Shown here: piece by piece, positions 1 to 9,270 of the stretch | Numbering within the stretch: position 1 is the first letter of the stretch | Layout of the letters: every line of letters begins with the position of its first letter | Assembly (NCBI GenBank): GCA_965203485.1 | Contig: OZ241892.1 | Coordinates: 1,120,001-1,184,000, forward strand | Source of the DNA: Longimicrobiales bacterium | GTDB lineage: Bacteria; Gemmatimonadota; Gemmatimonadetes; Longimicrobiales; Gaopeijiaceae | Reading direction: 5' to 3' | DNA: 64,000 bases | Program-made: the position numbers and the translations under genes | Notes under the pieces: model-generated | The model's database searches: none | Told to the model about the DNA's origin: nothing | The model's input: the letters and a program-made list of their open reading frames with translations, nothing else

Positions 1-1187
1 AACTCGTTGAGCGGAGTCCCTCCAGTGCCGACGAGCCGCGTCCTGGCCCCGGGGAAGCGAGCGCGAAACGCCTCCAAGCCGCTGGTCGCTCCCTTCTTGC
101 CGCTCTTCACTTCGATGCCGACGACGTGCGGGCCGCGGGTCAGGACGAAATCCACTTCTTGGTCGTCGCGGCGCCAGTAGTGAAGCTTCGCCGCCGGGGG
201 CAGCGTGTTGTGGAGATGGGCTCCCACGGCGCTTTCGACGATCCTTCCCCACAGGCTGCGGTCGCTCCTCGCCTCGTCGAAGGAATAGCCCAGATGCGCG
301 GTCATGACGGCGGGGTCGAGCACGTTCAGCTTGGGCGGAGAAGCCCGGCGAAGGTGGCTCTTGGCGGAATACCTGGGAAGACCGGTGGCCAGCCCCGCAT
401 CTGCGAGGAGTTTCAGGTAGCGAACCAGCGTGGTAGCGTTGCCCGCGTCCTGCAGCTGGCCCAGCATCTTGGTGTAGGCGAGAATCTGCCCGGAATAGTC
501 CGGCACGAGTTCCATCAGCTGTCGCATCAGCGCGGGCTTGTCGACTTTGGCGAGCGAGAGGATGTCTCGGTTGATGACGGGCTCGACGATCGAGCCGAGG
601 ACGTAATCGCGCCAAACGTCCATGTCGCCCCGCATTTGAGCCGCCGCCGGATAGCCGCCAAAGAACATGTACTCGTCCAGGGTCAGGTCGAATGCCGACA
701 CCATCTCCCGAAGCGGCCACTGGCGAACGGGCACCCGCATGAAGCGGCCCATCAAGCTCTCGTCAAGACCCGTCATCAGATCCCACGGAGCCGAGCCCAG
801 CACGACGACCCGCAAAGGGCAGCCCTCGGATCGGTCCCGGTCCCACATCCCCTTGACCAAGCCGGACCAGCCTTCGATGTGCTGCACCTCGTCCAAGGCC
901 AGGACGAACCCCGACGGGCTTGCGCGGGCGGCCCGGCGCGCGCGTTCCCAGACGTTCACGAGCCATTCCCTGGGAGGCACCTCGCCGAGCTTGCCGAAAG
1001 AGGCCTCGTGGGTGGCCGGATCGTCGACGGCGACCAGCCAGTGAGGAAGGCCCGTGCGCCGAAAGGCCTGCTCGGCGATGGTGGTCTTGCCCGTCTGCCT
1101 GGGACCGATGACGGCTACGAGCTTGCGCGGCTCCATTGCCAGGAACTGCACGACGCGCTCGACGAGCGGTCTCTCGTAGGTGCTCAT
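1..1187 (-). CDS. AAA_14-type ATP-binding protein with C-terminal DUF4143/PD-(D/E)xK-like domain (3' end runs off the window)
   Basis: Manual reverse-strand translation from ATG 1187: MSTYERPLVERVVQFLAMEPRKLVAVIGPRQTGKTT (Walker A). The C-terminal part reads YWRRDDQEVDFVL...GIEVKSG. It is absent from the ORF track because the stop lies outside the window. Confidence 0.85.
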   Translation of the reverse strand, partial: MSTYERPLVERVVQFLAMEPRKLVAVIGPRQTGKTTIAEQAFRRTGLPHWLVAVDDPATHEASFGKLGEVPPREWLVNVWERARRAARASPSGFVLALDEVQHIEGWSGLVKGMWDRDRSEGCPLRVVVLGSAPWDLMTGLDESLMGRFMRVPVRQWPLREMVSAFDLTLDEYMFFGGYPAAAQMRGDMDVWRDYVLGSIVEPVINRDILSLAKVDKPALMRQLMELVPDYSGQILAYTKMLGQLQDAGNATTLVRYLKLLADAGLATGLPRYSAKSHLRRASPPKLNVLDPAVMTAHLGYSFDEARSDRSLWGRIVESAVGAHLHNTLPPAAKLHYWRRDDQEVDFVLTRGPHVVGIEVKSGKKGATSGLEAFRARFPGARTRLVGTGGTPLNE

Positions 1188-1229
1188 GCGAATATTATCC
1201 GTGATTGAATAGTTTTCCGCGATGACGTA

Positions 1230-1259
1230 ATCATACTACAGCGAGGGGCAATCCGCCAA
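1230..1259 (-). promoter_or_regulatory. Possible sigma70-type promoter of the ATPase gene (TTGGCG-N18-TATGAT)
   Basis: AT-rich patch upstream of ATG 1187; hexamers read on the minus strand at 1259-1254 and 1235-1230. Confidence 0.3.
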
Positions 1260-1286
1260 GCCGGAGCGCGTCCCTGCGCCTCGCCC

Positions 1287-2456
1287 CTACCGGACTCGCA
1301 GGGCCTCGGCGGTCGCTCGGAACGCCTCGTCGCGCTCGGTCGCGAGGCCCAGTTCGACGAGGGAGTCCAGGTCGCGTTGCAGGGTGCGCTCGGAGAGAGC
1401 GCGGTAGGCGCGTCCGAGGCCGGCGTCCAGCTCGGCGGCGTCGCCGGGGCCGACGGCGCGGTCCAGGGGCAAGGACAGGGCGAGCGCGCGGCGGCGGCGC
1501 ATCACGGTCTTCTTGTGGTGCTCGTGGGCGTCGAAGCGGGCGAAGACGAACGCGCGCCAAGCGGCCCGCCATTGGTGTTCGCGCAACGAGCGCGCCACGG
1601 CGGCCAAGCCGTCTCGGAAGCCGGCGACGGCGTAGGACACGAACGAGGTGAGCGACCGGTCGGCCACGGTTTGGCGGAGCAAGCGCTCGTAGTGGCGGCG
1701 CGTCTGCGCGTAGTGGACGGTCGCCAGCGAGACGGCGAGGGCGGGGACGCCGGCACGGGCAAGCACGTAGGTCTCCATCAGGCGGGCGGCGCGACCGTTT
1801 CCGGCGGCGAACGGGCGAATCCACGCCAAGTACGCATGGACGGCGGCCGCATGCGCCAGAGCGCCGCCGGAATTGGAGCCGTCGGCGGACGGCGCACCCG
1901 GGTCCAGGGCTGGAATCTCCTGCTCGGCCCACGAGCACAGCCGCTCGACGAGGGCGGGAACGTCTCGGGCCGGAGGGCGGGGGACGCCGGTTGCGTCGTC
2001 CGTTTCGCGAAATGCTCCCGGCGATCCGGCGAAGTGGGCGCCCAGTCCCTTGCCCAGCGTTCGATGGACTTGAAGCAAAAGCGTCGGCGAGACCGGGCGC
2101 GGCGCGTCGGCACGGGCATGGTCGAGCAGCAGGCAGGTGGCCTTGGCGACGTTTCGCGCCTCGACTCCCAGGTGCCGGCGGCTCTGGGGCGGCCTTCGGC
2201 CCGCGAGCGCCGACGCCACCTGGGTCTCCGTCAGCGTGCCGCCGGCGAGCGCGAGGGTGGCGGCGGTTCCCCGGGCCAAGGCAGTGCTTGCCAGGTCGGC
2301 CTGCAGCTCGGGGGGGATGGGCGACTCCCGCAGCGAAGCGAGGCCGGCGTCGCACCAGCCGAGCTGGCGGCGGGTCTTCGCCGAGAGGCTCCAGTCGCGG
2401 CGGAAGCGGGGCGCCGAAACGTGGGTTCGCGCGCCGGAGTTCGCGGAGTGCGACAT
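1287..2456 (-). CDS. Fic/DOC-family protein with degenerate catalytic motif and C-terminal HTH-like region
   Basis: LAWIRPFAAGNGRAAR versus canonical HPFx(D/E)GNGRxxR; upstream PGAFR; C-terminal SERTLQRDLDSLVELGL. Confidence 0.85.
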   Translation of the reverse strand: MSHSANSGARTHVSAPRFRRDWSLSAKTRRQLGWCDAGLASLRESPIPPELQADLASTALARGTAATLALAGGTLTETQVASALAGRRPPQSRRHLGVEARNVAKATCLLLDHARADAPRPVSPTLLLQVHRTLGKGLGAHFAGSPGAFRETDDATGVPRPPARDVPALVERLCSWAEQEIPALDPGAPSADGSNSGGALAHAAAVHAYLAWIRPFAAGNGRAARLMETYVLARAGVPALAVSLATVHYAQTRRHYERLLRQTVADRSLTSFVSYAVAGFRDGLAAVARSLREHQWRAAWRAFVFARFDAHEHHKKTVMRRRRALALSLPLDRAVGPGDAAELDAGLGRAYRALSERTLQRDLDSLVELGLATERDEAFRATAEALRVR

Positions 2457-2531
2457 TTACGGCCCTATTTTGTCGAAGGAGACGGTGTCCGGAGCGCGGA
2501 AGCAACGAGGAAGACGCCGTTTTCGATGCCC

Positions 2532-2566
2532 GGACAGATTCTTGGACAGATTATGGGTATAATCTG
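2532..2566. promoter_or_regulatory. Operator-like element: GGACAGATT direct repeat plus CAGATTAT-N4-ATAATCTG palindrome containing TATAAT/CATAAT
   Basis: GGACAGATT at 2532-2540 and 2544-2552; inverted repeat 2547-2554/2559-2566; lies in the divergent fic/icd intergenic region. Confidence 0.5.
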
Positions 2567-2855
2567 ACGACAGTCGCGAACGGGTCAAGTCGGCAGGGCG
2601 TGAACCGGCGAACGAGTCGGTGCGGGCGCGAAGGCGGCCGGGCGGCGTCGCCCCGGAGGCGCGCGCGGGCGGTGCGCCGGTCCCCATCCGCTTCCGCGCC
2701 TACCTTTCTCATCGTGCGCCGAAATCGCCAGATTTCGAGAGACGCCGGAGGGCGCGGCCATAGCGCCTTCGGCAAGGCCGTCCTCTCCTGTCCCGGCAAG
2801 CCGCCGCTTCTCTCCAGCGAGCACGGAGTTCCTTCCAGCCAGCGGAGTTCCCATC

Positions 2856-4091
2856 GTGCCGTCTTCGTACCGCCACGCAGCCGTTCCCCGCGGCGAGCGC
2901 ATCACGTCTCGCGGCGGCGGCCTTCAAGTCCCCGACCGCCCCATCGTCCCCTTCGTCGAAGGCGACGGCATCGGGCCGGACATCTGGGCGGCCACCCGCC
3001 GCGTGGTGGACGCCGCCGTCGCGACTTCCTATGGCGACGCCCGCGCCGTCGCGTGGATGGAGGTCCTCGCGGGCGAGAAGGCCCACGAACGCGCGGGCGA
3101 ATGGCTGCCCCAGGAGACGTTGGACGCATTCACGGAGTTTCGGGTCGCGATCAAGGGGCCGCTGACGACGCCCGTGGGCGGAGGGATTCGGTCGCTGAAC
3201 GTGACGATTCGGCAGGTTCTGGACTTGTACTCGTGCGTTCGGCCGGTGCGCTGGATTCCGGGCGTGCCCTCGCCCGTGGGCAGTCCGGGCGATCTTGACG
3301 TGGTGATCTTTCGCGAGAACACGGAGGACGTGTACGCGGGCTTGGAGTGGGAGGCGGGCACGCCCGAGGCCGAACGGCTCCGCGCGTTCCTGGCGGACAG
3401 CCTGCGGGCGCAGGTTCGCGAAGGGAGCGGGATCGGGGTCAAGCCGGTGAGCGAGTTCGGGACCAAGCGGCACGTGGCGGCGGCGATCCGGTACGCCCTG
3501 GCGCGTGGAAGGGACTCCGTGACGCTCGTGCACAAGGGCAACATCATGAAGTTCACCGAGGGCGCGTTTCGGGACTGGGGGTACGAGGTGGCCCGGGACG
3601 AGTTTCCCGGCGACACCGTGCCCGAAGCGCGCCTCTGGGAGGGCGAGGAGGCCGGGGGAAGGGTCGTGATCAAGGACCGCATCGCCGACGCGATGTTCCA
3701 GCAGGCATTGCTTCGCCCGTCGGAATACTCCGTGCTGGCGACGCCCAACCTGAACGGCGACTACCTGTCGGACGCTTGCGCGGCGCAGGTCGGCGGGCTG
3801 GGCATGGCGCCCGGCGCCAACATCGGCGACGAGGTCGCGGTCTTCGAGGCGACCCACGGGACGGCGCCCAAGTACGCGGGGCAGGACAAGGTGAATCCGG
3901 GTTCGCTGATCCTGTCGGCGGCGATGATGCTCGAGCACTTGGGGTGGGACGAGGCGGCGGCGGCCGTGGGCAGGGGACTGGAGGGCGCGGTCCGGGCGCG
4001 CGCCGTGACGTACGACTTGGCGCGCCAAATGGAGGGCGCGACGGAAGTGTCGACGTCGCGCTTCGGGGAAGCCGTCGTCGCGTGCATGTAG
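2856..4091 (+). CDS. icd: Isocitrate dehydrogenase (E. coli-type dimeric family)
   Basis: [69 protein letters not shown]. Confidence 0.97.
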   Translation: MPSSYRHAAVPRGERITSRGGGLQVPDRPIVPFVEGDGIGPDIWAATRRVVDAAVATSYGDARAVAWMEVLAGEKAHERAGEWLPQETLDAFTEFRVAIKGPLTTPVGGGIRSLNVTIRQVLDLYSCVRPVRWIPGVPSPVGSPGDLDVVIFRENTEDVYAGLEWEAGTPEAERLRAFLADSLRAQVREGSGIGVKPVSEFGTKRHVAAAIRYALARGRDSVTLVHKGNIMKFTEGAFRDWGYEVARDEFPGDTVPEARLWEGEEAGGRVVIKDRIADAMFQQALLRPSEYSVLATPNLNGDYLSDACAAQVGGLGMAPGANIGDEVAVFEATHGTAPKYAGQDKVNPGSLILSAAMMLEHLGWDEAAAAVGRGLEGAVRARAVTYDLARQMEGATEVSTSRFGEAVVACM

Positions 4092-4244
4092 GAGGCTCGC
4101 CGCGCCTCCGCGGCCATCCGGCGCCGCTCGCGCGTCGCAGCTTGCTTGCAGCGGGCGCCGCGTCGCCGGCGAGCAGGGGGTGCGGCGTGCTGCCGCGGCG
4201 AGCGCGCGAACGGGGAGGCGCCGCGTCCGCGTGAGCACGGGCCG

Positions 4245-6209
4245 ATGCAGCTGAGGACGACGGGCGCGGAGGACGGGGCGCTCGACGTCCCGCTCGTCGT
4301 CGTGGCGGTCGCCCAGGACGGCGGAGAGGATGCCGGCGGGGACGCGTCCTCCGGCGTCTCGGTCGCGCCCGGCCGATCGGGGGAAGCCGCGACGGCGCTG
4401 GCGGCCCTCGTCCGAGCAATGGGCGGAGCGTTGCAGGCACGGTTGCCGGAGAACGCGCTGGGGGAGTCCGCGAGGCCGGCCCAGGGGCACGACGCCGTGG
4501 GCGAGGCGCAGCGGTCGCTCCGGGCGGAGGACGCGGTGGGCGGGGCGTTGCGGTCGCCCCAGGAGGACGCGGCGGGCGGAGCGTCGCGGTCGGCCGAAGG
4601 GGTGTTGCGCGCCGCCCTGGAGACGGGCGACTTCTCGGCGAGCGAGGAAGAGTCCGTGCTCGTGTACGCGGACGGCGCCGGCGGTCCCCGCCGCATCTTG
4701 TTCTGCGGGGTCGGGCCGCGCGCCGAACTCTCCGCCGAGAGGATGCGGGAGTTCGGCGGGCGGGCGGCGCGGGCGGCGGAGATGCGCCGGCTGCGGTCGC
4801 TGGCGGTGGTCGCGGACCACGTGGCGGGGGACGGCGCGGGCGGGGACGCGGCCCTTTGGCAGGGGCTGGCGGAGGGGTTGGTCCTGGGTTCCTGGCGGTT
4901 CGGCGAGTTGGCGACGGCGAGCGGGAGCGGCGATGCGTGGCCGGGCGTCGAGGAGGCGGCGCTGGCGGGAGCCGGGCGGACGCCCGCTTGGCGGGAGGCC
5001 GTGCGCGCGGGCCGCGAGTTCGCCGAAGGCGAGAACTTGGCGCGCGCGTTGCAGGCCCGTCCTGGGAACCTGCTCACGCCGACGGCGCTGGCGGACGCGG
5101 CCGTTCGCGTCGCGGACTACGCGGGACTGGCATGCCGCGTTCTGGGCCCGCGCGAGATGGAGGCGGAGCGCATGGGGGCTCTGCTGTCCGTGGCCCGCGG
5201 ATCCAACGAGGAACCGCGGCTGATCGTGCTCCGCCACACGGGCGGCCCGGCGGACGATCCGCCGCTCGTGCTGGTCGGCAAGGGCCTCACCTTCGACGCG
5301 GGTGGGATTTCGATCAAGCCCGCGAAGGGCATGGAGGACATGAAGTACGACATGTCGGGCGGGGCGGCGGTGCTGGGCGCGATGCAGGCGGTCGGCCGGC
5401 TGGGTCTGCCGGTCAACGTCGTGGGCGTCGTTCCCAGCTCCGAGAACCTGCTGGGCGGGTCGGCCACCAAGCCGGGCGACGTGGTGACGACGCGGGCGGG
5501 CAAGACCGTCGAGGTGATCAACACGGACGCCGAGGGCCGCCTCGTCCTGGCCGACGCGCTCGACTACGCGCGGCAGTGGCGGCCCGCCGCCGTCGTCGAT
5601 TGCGCGACGCTCACCGGCGCCTGCGTGGTCGCGCTGGGCAGCCACCGCTCCGGTCTGCTGGGCAACGACGGCGAGCTGTTGCGCGAGCTGGTCCGGGCGG
5701 GCGACGCGGCGGGACAGCGCGCGTGGCGGCTTCCGCTCGACCAGCCCTACCGCAAGCAGCTCGACAGCCAAGTGGCCGACCTCAAGAACGTCGGGGGACG
5801 CGAGGCGGGGACGATCACCGCCGCGTGCTTCCTGGCGGAGTTCGCTGGCGACGCGCCCTGGGCGCACCTGGACGTGGCGGGGACCGCCTACGGCAAGACC
5901 GACAGGCCGTACTTGAGGGACGGCCCCGCGGGGACTCCATGCCGGCTGCTGCTGGAATGGGTGCGGATGCGGGCGGCCCGGGCGGACGACCAACGACGGC
6001 GGGCGGCGCCGTCCAGCGCTCCGAGGGCGGACGCGGACGCGGCCTCGGCCGGCCCAAGCCCGGCGGCCGAGTCGGGCGCCGCCGAAGCGGTTGACGTCGT
6101 GCCGGGCCGCAGGGCCCAGCGTGCGCTTCCGGCGCCGCCCGGCGGTTCCGTCGAAGCATGCGCGGACGCGCCGCCGGACGCCGCCGCAGCCGGCCGGCCG
6201 GGCGCCTGA
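4245..6209 (+). CDS. pepA: Leucyl aminopeptidase (M17) with an N-terminal repeat insertion and a low-complexity C-terminal tail
   Basis: VGKGLTFDAGGISIK, MKYDMSG, NTDAEGRLVLAD, ATLTG, WAHLDVAGT; start taken at ATG 4245. Confidence 0.93.
   Translation: MQLRTTGAEDGALDVPLVVVAVAQDGGEDAGGDASSGVSVAPGRSGEAATALAALVRAMGGALQARLPENALGESARPAQGHDAVGEAQRSLRAEDAVGGALRSPQEDAAGGASRSAEGVLRAALETGDFSASEEESVLVYADGAGGPRRILFCGVGPRAELSAERMREFGGRAARAAEMRRLRSLAVVADHVAGDGAGGDAALWQGLAEGLVLGSWRFGELATASGSGDAWPGVEEAALAGAGRTPAWREAVRAGREFAEGENLARALQARPGNLLTPTALADAAVRVADYAGLACRVLGPREMEAERMGALLSVARGSNEEPRLIVLRHTGGPADDPPLVLVGKGLTFDAGGISIKPAKGMEDMKYDMSGGAAVLGAMQAVGRLGLPVNVVGVVPSSENLLGGSATKPGDVVTTRAGKTVEVINTDAEGRLVLADALDYARQWRPAAVVDCATLTGACVVALGSHRSGLLGNDGELLRELVRAGDAAGQRAWRLPLDQPYRKQLDSQVADLKNVGGREAGTITAACFLAEFAGDAPWAHLDVAGTAYGKTDRPYLRDGPAGTPCRLLLEWVRMRAARADDQRRRAAPSSAPRADADAASAGPSPAAESGAAEAVDVVPGRRAQRALPAPPGGSVEACADAPPDAAAAGRPGA
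4413..4600 (+). repeat. Degenerate 36-39 bp in-frame tandem repeat (~5 units) inside pepA
   Basis: Units start near 4413, 4452, 4491, 4530 and 4566 (GACGCGGTGGGCG..GCG..GCGGTCG), encoding (D/N)A(V/L/A)G(G/E)A.RS.... Confidence 0.6.
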
Positions 6210-8239
6210 CGGTGCCGGCGTGGCGCGCACCGGCCGCTGGGGAGGCCGAACGAAGCCGGCCGCGCCGCTCCGGAGCTTGGCGGACGTGCGCGCTTCTCCT
6301 CGGCGCCGCCGCGCCGGTCGCGGCGCAGGACCCGCCGTCGGGCCGGCCGCCGCCGCCGGACTCCGTGCCGCCGGACTCGCTGCGCGCCGACAGCGCCGTG
6401 GTTGCCCCGCCGCCGGACTCCGCCGCCGTGGACACGCTGCCGCCTCCGCCGGTGCTTCCCTCGTTGGACGACATCGGGCCTGCGCGCGGCGCGCCCGGCG
6501 TCTGGGAATGGGACCGGGACGCGCTCTTGGCGGCGCGGGGACAGACGCTTCTCGATCTGCTCTCGCAGGTGCCCGGCGTCCTGTCGTTGCGTGGCGGCGA
6601 CTTCGGGGCCTCCGCGACGGCCGTCCCGGTCGGGGTGGCGGGCGGAGGGCTTCGGCTCTACTACGACGGCGTGGAGCACCTTCCCCTGAACGGAGCGGTG
6701 CCGGACCTGTCGCGGGTCGCGCTGTCGGGGTTGCAGCGGGTGCGGGCCATCAGGCGCGGCAGCGGCCTGGACGTGCGCCTGTTCCGGTTCGCCCACGCCG
6801 ACGCGCGGCCCTACGCGCTGATCGAGGCGGGGACGGGCGACCTCGACACGAACGTGCTGCGGGCCACCTTCTCGTATCCGCGCGTCGTGCGCGGAAAGGC
6901 GGCGCTGGCGATCGAGCGGATCGACGCGCGGGGAGCCGACGACGCGGGAGCCGTGACGGGGGGATGGTTCCGCTACAGCCTGCACCGGGGCGACCGGGCG
7001 GGACTGCGCTTCGAGTACCGGCGCGTGTCGTCGGAGCAGTCGGCGCCGGCCGACGCGCCGGGCCTGGGCGCCCAAAGGTCCGACTGGACGGTGCAGGGCG
7101 TCTGGGAGCCCGCCGCCGGGTTGCTGGCCGAGGCGTGGGCGACCGGAGCGGCCTTGGCCCCGTCGCCGGACTCGGCGGGGGCGGACGCGCGGGCGGGGAC
7201 GGGCGTCGGGCCGGTCTCGCGGCGCCAGTACGGCGCGCGGGTCGCCGGCGGGACGGATTGGCTGTGGGCGCGCGGAGCGCTGCGCGTGAACGGCGGCGCG
7301 GGCGTTCCGGAACGCGAGCTGGCGGCGGACGCGTCGGCGGCCCATCCGCGCTGGGGCGGCGCGAGCCTGCACGGCTGGCGGGAAAGCTGGGGCGGCGCGG
7401 CGGGGGCGGGCTACGACGCGCGGGCGTGGGCGGATCCGGTCTCGTTCCTGACGGTCTTCGCGGAGGCCGGGGACGGCCGGAGGTCGGCGCCGCTGCGCGG
7501 ACCTCCGCTCGCTCCGCCCGACTCGGCGGAAGCGTCCGGCGGCTCGGAGCCGGGCGCCGCGCCGCCGAACCGCTTCGTCCAGCGCGCCCGAAGCCGCTAC
7601 GGGCTCGTCGCGGCCCGCTGGGGCGCGAGGCTCTCGGCGGCGCGCCTGTCGGTCGAGGCCGATTCGGTGCGGCCGACTCAGCTTCCGTTCGACCGCGACG
7701 GGCTGGTGGCGGCTCAGCCGCGCCGCCGGGCCTGGGAGTTCGCGGGCCGCGTTCCCCTCTGGCCGCGGGGCCTGCACCTGCGCGCCCAAGTGCAGCTTTG
7801 GGACGCGGCGCCCGCGGCTTCGCCCGACGACTCGCCGGTTCCAGCGGATTCGGTTTCCCCAAACGACTCCCTTCCGCCCCGCCGGCTTCCCGGCCTCTAC
7901 TTCCCCGACCACCTCTACGACGCCGCGCTCTCCTTCCACCGCACCTTCCTGCCCACCGAGAACTTCGAGCTGTGGGTGGACCTCGGCGCCAGGGGCCGGG
8001 CCGAGATGGCCGTGCCGTCGCCACGGCCGCCGGAGGACGCCGAGGGGGACGGGCCGCAGCCGTCGATCGTGCCCTTCTACCAGGACTGGTACCTTCGGGT
8101 CCAGATGCGGTTCCTGTCCTTGAACGTGTTCATCAGCGTGGAGAACCTGACGTTGCGCGACGCCAACCAGGACGCGCCCGGCCGGGTCCTGCCGGGAACG
8201 CGGGGGCTCTACGGCGTGCGTTGGACGCTGTGGAACTGA
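6158..8239 (+). CDS. Putative outer-membrane protein (TonB-plug-like N-terminal domain plus beta-barrel)
   Basis: Signal-like LLLGAAAPVAAQD; plug-like TLLDLLSQVPGV...YYDGV; terminal aromatic beta-strand YGVRWTLWN. Start uncertain. Confidence 0.65.
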   Translation: MRGRAAGRRRSRPAGRLTVPAWRAPAAGEAERSRPRRSGAWRTCALLLGAAAPVAAQDPPSGRPPPPDSVPPDSLRADSAVVAPPPDSAAVDTLPPPPVLPSLDDIGPARGAPGVWEWDRDALLAARGQTLLDLLSQVPGVLSLRGGDFGASATAVPVGVAGGGLRLYYDGVEHLPLNGAVPDLSRVALSGLQRVRAIRRGSGLDVRLFRFAHADARPYALIEAGTGDLDTNVLRATFSYPRVVRGKAALAIERIDARGADDAGAVTGGWFRYSLHRGDRAGLRFEYRRVSSEQSAPADAPGLGAQRSDWTVQGVWEPAAGLLAEAWATGAALAPSPDSAGADARAGTGVGPVSRRQYGARVAGGTDWLWARGALRVNGGAGVPERELAADASAAHPRWGGASLHGWRESWGGAAGAGYDARAWADPVSFLTVFAEAGDGRRSAPLRGPPLAPPDSAEASGGSEPGAAPPNRFVQRARSRYGLVAARWGARLSAARLSVEADSVRPTQLPFDRDGLVAAQPRRRAWEFAGRVPLWPRGLHLRAQVQLWDAAPAASPDDSPVPADSVSPNDSLPPRRLPGLYFPDHLYDAALSFHRTFLPTENFELWVDLGARGRAEMAVPSPRPPEDAEGDGPQPSIVPFYQDWYLRVQMRFLSLNVFISVENLTLRDANQDAPGRVLPGTRGLYGVRWTLWN

Positions 8240-8394
8240 CCGGCGGCGCCGAGCTGGCGGGGGGCGGGCCGCCACCGTCTCCACGGGGTGCGTCGGACGT
8301 TGCGGGACCGGTTGCCGCGGCGGCGGGGCCGGCCGGGGGGCGGCCGTCTGCGCCGGAGGCCCGGGGGACGCAGGGCGCGGCCGGGATTCGGAGC

Positions 8395-9270
8395 ATGACG
8401 GGATACGGGTCGGCCGCCGCGTTCCTCCGCCAGGAGCGCGTGCTGCGCGTGGAGGTCCGCTCGGTCAACCACAGGCACCTGAGCGCCGGCGTCCGCCTGC
8501 CGGGAGGGTGGGAGAGCCTCGAGAGCCTGGCCGTCGCCCGGATTCGGGCCGCGCTCAAGCGGGGACGCGTGTCGCTTTCGGCGCGATGCGGCGAGCGCGA
8601 TGCGGACGGGAACTCGCCGTTGCGGCTGGACGGGGAGCGCGTGGCCAGGGCGGCCGGGCTGCTCCGCGAGGCGTGCGCCGGCCTGGGGATCGACGACCGC
8701 CTGCGGCCCGGCGACTTGGCCAGGGTGCCGGGGGCGTGGCGCACCGACTCGGTCGCCGGGGAGCCTCCGGCGGAGGACGAGTTCGCGGGATGCGTGGACC
8801 GGGCCCTCGGGCGGGTGGCGGAGATGCGGGAGGCGGAGGGACGGCGGCTGGCGGACGCCCTCGGCGAGAGCGTCGCGAAGATCGCCGGGGCGGTGGACCG
8901 GATCGAGGCGCGCGCGCCGGAGCGGCTTGTGCGCCATCGCGACCGCTTGCGCGAGCAGGTGCGGGCGCTGGCGGAGGGAGTGGACGTGGACGAGGACCGG
9001 TTGGCGCGGGAAGTGGCCCATCTCGCGACGAAGTGGGACGTGGCCGAGGAGGTGGTGCGCCTGCGGTCGCACATGGAGCTGTTCCTGGAGGCGTTGCGGG
9101 CGGGTCCGGGGAATCCGGTGGGAAAGCGGCTCGAGTTCGTCGCCCAGGAGATGAACCGCGAGGCGAACACGATCGCGGCCAAGGCCAACGACGCGCCGAT
9201 GGCCGGGGCGGTGGTCGCGATCAAGGAGGAGATCGAGCGGATTCGCGAGCAGGCGGAGAACGTGGAGTGA
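8395..9270 (+). CDS. yicC: YicC/YloC family endoribonuclease
   Basis: IRSMTGYG, EVRSVNHRHL, DVAEEVVRLRSH, GKRLEFVAQEMNREANTIAAKA, ERIREQAENVE. The true start may lie slightly upstream (in-frame GTG 8230). Confidence 0.92.
   Translation: MTGYGSAAAFLRQERVLRVEVRSVNHRHLSAGVRLPGGWESLESLAVARIRAALKRGRVSLSARCGERDADGNSPLRLDGERVARAAGLLREACAGLGIDDRLRPGDLARVPGAWRTDSVAGEPPAEDEFAGCVDRALGRVAEMREAEGRRLADALGESVAKIAGAVDRIEARAPERLVRHRDRLREQVRALAEGVDVDEDRLAREVAHLATKWDVAEEVVRLRSHMELFLEALRAGPGNPVGKRLEFVAQEMNREANTIAAKANDAPMAGAVVAIKEEIERIREQAENVE

Noticed and set aside
126..1208. 360-aa plus-strand ORF
   Set aside because: It is the antisense shadow of the minus-strand ATPase, which carries the recognisable motifs.
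1184..1234. 16-codon upstream ORF overlapping the ATPase start
   Set aside because: Its ATG lies within the putative -10 element and it has no RBS; probably chance.
6091..9270. Apparent 1059-aa YicC fusion (and similarly extended gmk, udg, comF and nuo ORFs)
   Set aside because: The upstream parts are off-frame read-through of neighbouring genes; homology starts only at the downstream starts used in the feature list.
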